Shown here: positions 47,163-64,000 of the stretch, one piece after another
Numbering within the stretch: position 1 is the first letter of the stretch
Layout of the letters: every line of letters begins with the position of its first letter
From: the human T2T-CHM13v2.0 reference genome, Homo sapiens
Strand: one strand, 5' to 3'
Assembly: GCF_009914755.1 (NCBI RefSeq)
Contig: NC_060934.1
Length of the DNA stretch: 64,000 nt
Notes under the pieces: generated by a model
Databases searched by the model: none
Told to the model about the DNA's origin: nothing
Seen by the model: only the letters and a program-made list of their open reading frames with translations
Translations under genes and position numbers: made by a program

Positions 47163-47466
47163 TTTTTTTTTTTTTTCCCCCCCGAGATAGGGTCTCACTC
47201 TGCCTCCCAGGCTGGAGTGTAGTGGCACAATCTCAGTTCACTCAACCTCTGCCTCCCAGGCTCAAGCGATCCTCCCACCTCAGCCTCCTGAGTAGCTGGG
47301 ACCACAGGAGCTTGCCATCACAGCTGACTAAGTTTTTTGTATTTTTGGTAGAGATGGGGTTTCACCGTGTTGCCCAGGCTGGTCTCAGGCTCCTGAGCTC
47401 AAGTGATCCGCTCACCTCGGCCTTCCAAAGTGCTGAGATTACAGGCATGAGCCACTGTCCCCAGCC
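47163..47466 (-). mobile_element. AluJb-like element
   Basis: 'ggctcaagcgatcctcccacctcagcc' and 'ctcaagtgatcc' J diagnostics. Confidence 0.9.
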
Positions 47467-47812
47467 AGAGAAGTATATCTTAGTGGTTGGCACAATGGAG
47501 TTATTTGTTGTGTGATGGTTGATAGAACTGACCTATAAAACCTGTAAAAAATGATTTTGGTAATGTGTTTGTATTTATTTTTGTGTAGTTTATATTTTTG
47601 AGGGTAGATTTTTAAATTTGACTAAGTTTCAGTAATATTTGTGTCTATGGAGGTTTTTAATTTTTTCCTGACCTAGTTGGTAATTGGCTTTTTAATGGAA
47701 GTTGTACTCTTTGTTTCATTTTATAAATTCATTGACATATTTACAATATTAATACTCTGAAGTTTGTTCTATATTAGAATTGTGCCTACCCTTTTATTGA
47801 GAATTTTGCCTA

Positions 47813-48129
47813 TTTTTCCTTCCTTCCCTCCCTCCCTCCCTCCTTCCCTCCCTCCCTTCCTTCCTTCCTTCCTCCCTTCCTCCCTCCCTCCTTCCTTATC
47901 CTTCCTTCCTTCTTTCCTTCCCTCCCTCCCTCCTTCCCTCCCTTCCTTCCTTCCTTCCTTCCTCCCTTCCTCCCTCCTTCCTTCTCCTTCCTTCTCCTTC
48001 CTTCCTTCTTTCCTTCCCTCCCTCCCTCCTTCCCTCCCTCCCTCCCTCCCTTCCTTCCTTCCTTCCTTCCTTCCCTCCTTCCTTTCTTCCTTCCTTCCTT
48101 CCTTCCTTCCTTCCTTCCTTTCCCTTCTC
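47813..48129. repeat. (TTCC/TCCC)n polypyrimidine compound microsatellite
   Basis: ~315 bp containing only one purine (A at 47898). Confidence 0.97.
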
Positions 48130-48174
48130 ATTTCTAAAAATAATCTGCTTCAGCTGCATTCTGTAGACATTAAT

Positions 48175-49260
48175 ATGTAGTATGCTGGTCTCATAGAATG
48201 ATTTAGGAATTGTTCCTTCCTTTTCACTTTTTGGGAAAAGTTTGAGCATTGGTATTAGTTATTTTTTAAATGGGTAGAATTTATCAGTGAAGCCATTGAG
48301 TTCAGGGCTTCTTTGTTGTGGTATATTTGATTACTGATTCAATCTCCTTACTGGTTATAAATCTATTCCATTTTCTATTCCTTTATCATTCAATCTTGGT
48401 AGGTTTTATGTTTCTAGGGATTTGTCCATTTCACCTAGCTTATCCAATTTATTAGTGTATAATTGTTCATAGTACTCTCCTATAATCATTTTTATTTCTG
48501 CAGAATTGGCAGTAATGACCCGACTTTTCATTTCTAAATTTTGTAATTTCAGTTTTCTTTCTCTTTTCTTTTTTTTTGGTCAGTCTAACTAAAGGTTTGC
48601 CAATTTTGTTGCTCTTTTTCAAGAATCAACTTTTGGTATTGTTGATTTTCTCTATTGTTTTTCTATTTTCTCTATTGTTTATCTTGCTCTAATATTTATA
48701 ATTTCCTTCATTCTGCTACCTTTGAATTTAGTTTGTTCTTTTTCTAGTTCAAGTTGTAAAGTTAAGTTGCGTATTTGAGATCTTTCTTCTTTTTTAGTAT
48801 GTTTATAACTAAATTTCCCTTTTATCCACTGCTTTACAGTGTTCCATGAGTTTTGGTATGTTGTGTTTTAATTTTCACATTTCTCTAAATATTTTCTAAT
48901 TTCATTGTGATTTTGTCTTTCAACCATTGATCAAATGTGTGTTGGTAATTTCCACATACTTTTTAATGTTCAAGTTTTTCTTCTGTTTTTGATTTCTAAC
49001 TTTATCCCACTGTGGGTGGTGAAGATACTTTGCACATTTATCTTTTAAAATCTACCGAGATATAATTTGTTACCTAACATATATTCTGTCCTGGAGAATG
49101 TCTTCTGTGCCCATCAGGAGAATATGTATTCTGTTGTTTTTAGGTAGAATATCCTGTATATATCTATTAGATCTTGGTGGTTTATTGCATTGCTCTAGAC
49201 CTCTGTTTCCTTTATTATCTTCTGTCTGATTGTTCTATCCTTTACTGAGAATGGAGTTGA
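48175..49260 (-). mobile_element. Old L1M ORF2 fragment
   Basis: Reverse strand encodes LKLF..SEKEGTIPKSFYETSI and continues into EN-region remnants. Confidence 0.8.
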
Positions 49261-49789
49261 ATTATTGTTTTAATCATTTGGATTTCTCTCTGTTCCTATT
49301 GTTACTTTTTGTCTTAAAGAACATTTTTAACTTAAATATAGTATTTCTTTATTAGAATTTGTCTATGTCTTTTTGCATATCTTTTAAAATTTTTTCTCTT
49401 GTTATATTTTGTGTATGTTTCTTTTATACCAAAAATATCTGGATATTTTGGTTTTGTTTTAATAATCTGGGAATCTCTTAATTTTATGTGACAGGGAAAT
49501 AAATGGAAATTTTCTTTTTTCTTCTCTTCTGATTTTTATTAATTGAATGAGCTTCTTATTAATTGAATGAGCTTCTAATGTTCTTTTATTTTCCTTTTAG
49601 CAGTTTAAGAATTATAGTTTTTTTTATTTAATGATTACTCTTAAATTTTAACAAGCATATTTCCCTAACCAACAATAATATTAATCAGTATGTCTTTTAT
49701 CCTCCTGAATCATATAGGAGAACTAAAAAACTTCAAAACTTTTACTTATCATTGTCTAATTTTTAAACGTTTTCCAATTTCTAATTTTA

Positions 49790-50478
49790 ATTTGTGTTTT
49801 ATTTGGTGATATAATTCACATATAATACAATTCACCAATTGAAAGTGCACAGTTATTCTTCAACCATTATTGCAATCAATTTTAGAACATATCATCATCC
49901 CCAAAAGAAGCCATGTACTCATCAGTAGTCACTCCCCCCTTTTACATACCCCTAGTTCTGAAAAATCACTAATCTACTTTCTGTCCATAGATTTGCCTAT
50001 TCTGGACATCTTATATAAATGGAATCGTACAATATGTGTTCTTTTGTGACTGGTTCCTTTCATTAGCACAATGTTTCTTATCCGTAACGTAGTATGGATC
50101 AGTACTTTGTTTCTTTTTATTGCTGAATAATATTTCATCTTATGTGTATAACACATTTTATTTCTCTATTAGTTGATGGTTATTTGAGTTCTTTCTTCTT
50201 TTTCACTGTTGTGAATAATACTACTATGCACATTTGTGTGTAAGTTTTTATGTGGATATATATTTTCATTTCTCTTAAGTATATAATTAGGAGTAGAATT
50301 GTTGATCACATGGTAACTCTAGGTTAAACATTGTGATAAACTGCCAAACATTTTTTTAAAGAAGATGTATCATTTTATAATCTTACCAGCAAGGATCAGA
50401 CATTTATTTTTTCCACATTCTTACTAAAGTTTGTATTAACTGCCTTTCTTATAGCCATCTTAGTGGGCATAAAGTGGT
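49790..50478 (-). mobile_element. L1MB 3' UTR fragment
   Basis: 'ctttctgtccatagatttgcctattctggacat...aaatggaatc' is typical of L1MB. Confidence 0.8.
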
Positions 50479-50674
50479 AAGAGATGATGCATATTTAGAG
50501 GAATTAAAAATGAAAGATTAAAGGAATCTAAAGAATACAACAGGCAAAGAAATAATAAGAGTTAAGCGCTTGAAAAACAAGAACAATCAAAGATGACTAC
50601 ATGGAAGCAAGCATGCAAGTGAGCAGAATAATGCAAAGTTAAGTATAGTGTTCATGATTTGGGAAAAATAAGAC

Positions 50675-56810
<6,136 letters not shown>

Positions 56811-57769
56811 AAAAATAAGACATTTAATCATGTTGTACATAAACATATTTTGAAAGAGAAAAAAGAAGAAAATGTAACTCCCTGAAGAAAAAAGGTGAAC
56901 CTAATTTAGTCACAGGATCTCTACATCAAAGAGATATAATCCTAGAATATTTGCCAAAAAGTTTTTTAAACAATGTGTAAGGACACTGTGAAGAATTACA
57001 AATACAAAAAAGTCTCTGTTTAAAAAAATAAGATTATGATGATGGATATGGTAATGGAAATGACACCTGAAGATATGGATTTTGCTAAGTAGAAACAATA
57101 AATGATTTCTTACTGTACTGGAAGTTCACTTAGGAATTTTCTCCATGGTTTTTTTGTGGAATACAGTAGATACTTAGGACCTAACTGTTCTTGTAAACCA
57201 AAATATTTAATGCGGTGGGAGTAAACTAGTGATGGTACGTTTTCTTGCAACTTAGTTAAACCAGTGCTCCCCATCTAGTTTACAAAGCTGAGGTTTATCG
57301 TACTAGACACTGAAATAGACTTCTCCAAGAGTCATATCAGTAACTTCACACTTTGACTTAAATATTGCTTTACACCTCAAACTTAACATGCTTTAAATTG
57401 AATTTACTGTACTGGGAAACAGTCTCTTTTTTTCCAGTTTTCTGTAGCTCAGTTATAGGTATCACTATTTAACTCACTTGAATACTTGGGACTCATTTAA
57501 ATCCTCTTTCCTTAATGACCTACATGAACATCAGTTCTAACTTCTTTGTATCAATATATTATATGTAAATTAGCCAAAGTGGTAATTTAAACATAAATTA
57601 TTAACTCCACTGTTTAAAATCTTCCTTTTACATTTATAATTCAAAGTATGAGTATTCTCATACTTAAAGTATACCAGTCACTTTTTCATTGTTAGAGGGG
57701 GCAGTGGTTAATTACTTGCCTTTTTTTCCAGCATTTTTTTGGTCCTTATTGTTTGTTTTTTACTTCTGT

Positions 57770-59365
57770 TGGAAGCATTTTAAAATTTCTGTGCAGTAAA
57801 ATTCCTTTTGCGGGGAGTACAGTTGTGTGAGTTTTAACACATGCATCATTTATTATAATTACCAGCTCTCCCAGGATACAGAACAATGCCAAAGCCCCAG
57901 TGAATACCTCATAGAGCCTTCTTTGCAGTCAGACTTTCTCCCCACCCCTACACGCTGGCAACCATTGACCTGATCTCTGTTCTTGCAGTTTTGCCTTTTC
58001 CAGAATGTCATTCAAATGGCTTCTTTCCCTTAGTCTACTGCATTTAAGATTCATCCAAGGTGCTTTTTTGTATCAATAGTCCATTTCATTTCATTGCTAA
58101 GTAGTATTTCATTATATGGATATATCACACTTTGTTTATCCATTCACCCATTGAGAGATATGGATTGTTACAGTTTTTGGTACTTATAAATAATGCTGCT
58201 GTGATCAACATACATACAAGTTTTACACAAACATAAGTTTTCATTTCTCTAGCATAAATACCAGGAAGTAGGGTTGCTGGGTCACAGGGTGGATGTATAT
58301 TCATCTTTATAATAGCTGCCACTGTTTTTCAGAGTGACTGTACAATTCTGTGCTGCGACCAGCAAAGCTCAGGGTTCCAGTTGTTGCACATTCTCACCAG
58401 TGCTTGGTCCTGTCAACATTTTTTATTTTAGCCATTCTGATAAATGTGTAGTGGTATCTTGTGGTAATTTTAACTTGCATTTCCTTAATGGCTAATGACG
58501 TTGAATATCTTTTCATGTGCTTATTAGTTATACTTTCATTTTCTTTGGTGAAGTATTTTTCAAATCTTTTGCCTAGTTTTAATTGCTTTTTAGTTTTGCT
58601 GTTTATTTTTGAATATTGAATGTTTTTTGTATATTCTGGATACAACTCTTTTGCCAGATGTGATTTGCAAATATTTTCCCTCAGTCTTTGAATTGTCTTT
58701 TCATTCTCTTAACAGTATCTTTTATGGAGTGAAAAGTTTTAGTTTTTATAAAATTCAATTTAATGCATTTTTTTAAAAACTTGATTATGCTTTTGACGTC
58801 ATATCCAAGGACTCTCCCTAACTCAAGTTAACATAGATTTCTTTCTAACAGTTTTATACAGTCAATGCACTACATAACATTTTGGTCTATGACAGACCAC
58901 ATATATGATGGTACTTATAAGATTATATTACTATATGTTTACTGTACCTTTTCTATGTTTAGATACACAAAAACCATTGTGTTATAATTACCTACAGTAT
59001 TCAATACAGTAACATGCTATATAGGTTTGTACCCTAGTAACAATAGGCTATACCAATGGCTTTCATGTGTAGTAGGGTATACCATCAGTGTTTGTTTAAG
59101 CACCCTCTATGATGTTTGCACAGGGATGAAATTTGTCTAATGATGCATTTCTTAGAACATATCCCCATTAGTAAGTGACACATGACTGTATTTTTACATT
59201 GTACCTTTAGATCTGTGATCCATTTCAGTTATTTTTTGTTTATGTTGAGGTGTAATTCAATGCTGATTATTTCACATGTGGATATCCTGTTGTTACACCA
59301 TGATTTGTTATAAAGGAAAAACCTTTCCATTTTGAAATGCTTTTGCAACTTTGTCAAACATTCAC
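57770..59365 (-). mobile_element. L1MB/MC 3' region interrupted by Tigger3a
   Basis: ORF2 C-terminal remnants (58394-58645 HMKRYSTSLAIKEMQVK). Confidence 0.8.
58859..59188. mobile_element. Tigger3a-like MITE
   Basis: TIRs cagtca...tgactg with TA on both sides. Confidence 0.85.
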
Positions 59366-60021
59366 CATAGGGTTCCAGTTCCAGGTAAGATTGTGTAAAC
59401 ACACATCTCTTTTTCTCTAAGTGAACTCAACCATGAAACCTGGACAAAATTCATGGGCAGCTATTTGGTATATGATATCAGCAGGCAGAGCAGAGAAGAA
59501 CACCAGAATTCAAAGTACTGGTGAACCATCTAGAAGTTTGCCATTTTTCCCCTTTAGTGCCCCCTGACCTGAAGTCAATGCAATTTGAAACTTGGAAGTA
59601 ACTACTATAGTTTGGACAGGGTAAAGTCCTCTAGTTCTGGCCCATGATGTGGAAAAGGGAACTCTTAAGCTCAGAGAGAATGAGGGAGACCTCCCTCCCA
59701 TTTTTTCTCTTTTTCCTGAATTCACTCACCCATACCCCAGGCAGTCTGAAGCAGGAACATGGGCAGCAGCAAAATGGCTCACAGTGGGAAGCAGTAAGAA
59801 CCACAATCCCAAGGGAAGGGAATATTCCTCTAATCAGTGGAGCTCTGGCTACAGAGAGCCAAGATAAACCCTGTTGATTTCCTTCTTGTCTGTCCTCCCA
59901 GCTCAAAACATGGTACAATAGGAAAAGTGTGTAGTTTCTGACCACATGATGGAAAAGTAGAGCCCACAAATCCAGAAAGGACCTAGGAGATAATGGAGAT
60001 AGAAAAGCCTTCCCATCAAAT

Positions 60022-60201
60022 GTTATGGGGTGGGGGGAGGGGGAGGGCTAGCATTAGGAGATATGCCTAATGTAAATGATGAGTTAATGAGTGCAGCACA
60101 CCAACATGGCACACGTATACATATGTAACAAACCTGCACATTGTGCACATTTACCCTAGAACTTAAAGTATAATAATAATAAATAAATAAATAAATAAAT
60201 A
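60022..60201 (+). mobile_element. 5'-truncated L1PA4/5 3' end with (TAAA)n tail
   Basis: G-rich tract, 'gcattaggagatat', 'ccctagaacttaaagtataataa'. Confidence 0.9.
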
Positions 60202-60456
60202 TATAGTGCTTTATAAACTTCTGGGATCTCTCCTGAGCTGCCTGTGTGCTGATCTGATCCTAATTAACATTATCATACGAAAGAATTGGAGAACTGAGCT
60301 CATAGATAGAACTCTGCTTTGGGCCCGGACTGAACAGTGGGTAGCCCTCCCGCTGCACTGACTCAAGAAGCACTTCAAAAGCTTTGGATGCATTGTGACC
60401 ATAGCCTCCAGATGGATAAAACAAATTATCTCTCTAGAGAATATCAACATTATTTA

Positions 60457-60850
<394 letters not shown>

Positions 60851-60939
60851 TCATTCTTAAGTTAATTACCAAGTCAAGGACTATCTCTCAATGTTTAGTG
60901 CTTTAAGAAAACTTTCATCAGGTACTAGATCTATTACCT

Positions 60940-62000
60940 ATGCGTATGGGAAAGGTGACATTTGATCCCTGCTTTGAATATAAAATAAATTCTAGGAGGA
61001 AAGGTAAAAACAATGAAATATCTAGAAGGTAATGTAGGAATTATTCTTCATAACATTAGAATATAGAATGGATTCTTAAAGAGGACACATAAAATACTAT
61101 AACAAAATTAGACTACAAAAAAACCTAACACTTTTTCTTATCGAAAGACACCATTAGCATTATGACGAGTCAAGTCACACAGTAGTACGAAATATTTGCA
61201 AACTGTATAAAAGCCAAAGGCCTTATATTCACACTATGTAACTCATATAAATCAATTAAGAATAGTCTGAAAACTCCTTTCTCCAAAAATGACAATAGAC
61301 TGACATACACTTCACAAAAGAAGACATCCAAGTGTCCAACAAAATATGCAAGAGTGCTCAACTTAATTTTTATCTGGGAATTCAAATTAAAACCACAATG
61401 TAATACCATTATATACCTACTACAGTGGATAAAAAGAAAAAGACAAATAATACCAAATGTTGGAGAGGATGCAGAACTATTCATACTTTTAGTACACTAG
61501 AAATTGATGTAATGGCTTTGAAAACAAGTTGACATTATATTCTAAAGTTGAATTTACATATACTCTGTGGCCCAACAATTCCAAGTCATCAAAGTCATGT
61601 GAACCATATTTATAGAAGCATGTTTTACATGCCCCAAACTGGGAATAATCAAAATACCCAAAAATAATAGAATGGAAAAATATACTCATATAATGTGGAG
61701 CAATGGGAAAATAAAACGATTGCCAAAGGATCAAAATAGGTAACACGAACATAGTGTTGAATGATAGAGACAGAAACAAAAAAAATACTATAGTGTTATA
61801 TTTGTAAAAAATTTAGCAATAGACAAGACTGAAGTATGGCATTAAAAATAAATGTGATAGTTCCTTTTGAGAAGGAGAGAATGAATTAAGTTCTGTTTCT
61901 TCAAGCTGGTGGTTTCAAGGGTATATTGTCTTTGTGATAATTTATTGAGCTATATACTTAGGGTTTCTCTATTGTGTTATACATTAATGATTTAGGAAAG
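60940..62000 (+). mobile_element. L1ME 3' fragment
   Basis: Degraded ORF2 end ('aaattaaaaccacaatg', 'ccaaatgttggagaggatgcaga') and 3' UTR. Confidence 0.7.
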
Positions 62001-62725
62001 GTTTTCAAAATAATTAAAATTTTTGTCCTAACTATATGGTTTTAAAAGATGTGCTTCAAAAAACATTTAATGTAGGAAGAAACACTGTATACATTGTCCT
62101 TTGTCACTTTTTGTTGCAAGTTTGGAAGAATAAGGTATTATCCAAGTAGGCTACTTGTAATAGGACTTACCCAGGAAGATTTTCCTTATTAGATATTAGT
62201 CTTTCTAATATGCCATCAGATGAGGCTTGAGACTACTCCATTTTCTGTAGAGTTTTAGGAAAAAATTTAAGAGTGACTAAAGATGCTCTGTAGCCTCAAA
62301 ATCTGTTACAGATTTTGAGGTTCTGTTACAGAACCGTGGCAGGGAGGTTAATTTAGGTACTCTTCTATAAATTTTTCATAAATGATATCTAGTAGATTTT
62401 ATTCTTTCCCAGCCTTCATTTAACTCCCTCCACGTGGCTGTGTAGCAAACCATCCAATTTAAATGGGATTTATCTCTCACTAGCTTCATGATTGTGCCAA
62501 TGCCATTTATTGCATCGTCAATGTTTGGTAAGGAGTGGGCATGTATAATAGTGTATTATACAAGCCTTGGAACTGCTGCGTTCATTTTTGTTCCTAAGAA
62601 TTAAAGAAGCCTGAAAATAAAGTTGGTGCGTAGTGTTATGCATAGTCCAGAGAATCATAAGAAAATGTAGCTAGGACCCTGATCAGACCAAACCTGGAAC
62701 TTTTCTTCCTTTGGACTTTGGGAAG

Positions 62726-63123
62726 TGTCTTAGTGTGCTTGGGCTGCCATAACAAAATAACACAGACTAAGTGGGTTAAACAATAGAAATGTATTATCTC
62801 CCAGTTCCAGAGGGTAGACAGTTCAAGATCAGGGTACCAGTTGTTGGTTTCTGGTAAAACCTCTCTTCCTGGCTCTGCAAATGGCTGCCTTCACACTGTG
62901 TACTCACATGGCCTTTCCTCCATGCATGCAGGAAGAGAGGGAGAGTATGCAAGTTCTTTGGTGTCTCTCCTTTAAGGACATTAATTATATCAGATCAGAA
63001 TCCCATGTTTATAAACTTCATTTAAACCTAATTATGTCCTAAAGGCCCTGTCTTCAAATACAGCCACACTGGGGGGTTAGGGCTTTAACATATGAATTTG
63101 AGAACACAATTCAGTTCATACCA
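62726..63123 (-). mobile_element. MLT1A-type LTR
   Basis: 'gggctgccataacaaaata...cacaattcagttcata'; near-TSD ggaag/gggag. Confidence 0.85.
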
Positions 63124-64000
63124 GGGAGTGTAAACTTCATGTAGATCTCTTCTTTATACCAGTTTGAGTTAGGTTTTCTGTTACTTGCATTTGAAATAAT
63201 CTTAACTAATAGTGCTCCTAAGGTACAGTAACTCTTGCTTAACAACCCTCAGAAGTTTGACCAATTTATTCTATGCGTGTATTATTTACCACATTCAGCC
63301 ACTGGGCTTTTGATTTTTCATCTTTTTCAAACTGATGACTTGAACATATAAGCAATTTTTTCTTTTTAATATTCATATTTTTATTGCATTTTAAGTTAGA
63401 AGTGTATTCTGTTAATATGTTCGTTTGTAAGAAAAAATCCTTTAAATGTCATGAAGGTATAAAATTGAAAGATAGTTTGTGGAATAACAGTTATTAGGAG
63501 GTAAATTTCTTCATTTCAACACAATTTCCCTGTTTCTAACATTTTTCAGTGAAATATAATAATATGCCCAAACCATCTTTTAAAATATGTACTTAAGACT
63601 TGACATTTATGATCAGTTAACCTCAAATTGCTATAAAATAGCGACAATATTATCTCTTTTTACAATTGGCCAACTAGATTACCACCAGAGGGTATTTATT
63701 TGTCACAGCAACCTGCATTACAATGTAACGTTATAGCACACTATGTTACTTATATTGAATTCTTTTAATTTTCCCTAAATGAGATTACCTAATAAGTTCC
63801 ATTTTTTTACATTAAGAATCCTTTCAAAATGACCATTTTATGAATAATAAAATCAAGTTATTGAAATATCTCTCCCTAAGTTTTTATGCTTCCCTTTTTT
63901 ATTCCTGTAGCTGATATACTTGCTTTTTAATGTTTGTTTTCTTTCTTTCTTTCTTTGTTCTTTTTACTCCCTATTTCCTTTGGGTGGATTGTACTGAGGG

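Noticed and set aside
47764-48249. 117-138 aa ORFs (PSFL / EGRK repeats)
   Set aside because: They are translations of the stop-free TTCC/TCCC microsatellite.

Overview
This is AT-rich primate genomic DNA, human or a close ape judging by AluY and an L1PA3-type element. It is almost entirely intronic sequence of a large + strand gene. One 62-bp coding exon at 39309-39370 (IAFSQHNTIMDLVQFFVTFFS) matches the juxtamembrane/transmembrane start of attractin-like 1 (ATRNL1). The rest is layered transposon sequence: two full-length antisense L1s (L1PA7/8-like and L1PA3-like), an internally deleted and rearranged L1PA13-16-like copy, a complete two-LTR MER4 provirus, a complete MST (MaLR) provirus, a full-length Tigger1 carrying an MSTA LTR, ERVL remnants, seven Alus, and MIR/L2/L3/MER fragments. 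Nearly all ORFs in the supplied track are transposon remnants or noise. I found no new multi-gene system. The most notable observations are: a three-piece templated insertion with microhomology junctions (16486-16703); possible APOBEC3-type editing of the MER4 provirus; strong splice donors in both L1 antisense-promoter regions, with an in-frame strong-Kozak ATG in the exon; a splice donor duplicated by an Alu TSD; a ~315-bp GGAA/TTCC tract; and a double perfect palindrome. Subfamily names come from recalled consensus sequences and need RepeatMasker/Dfam confirmation.
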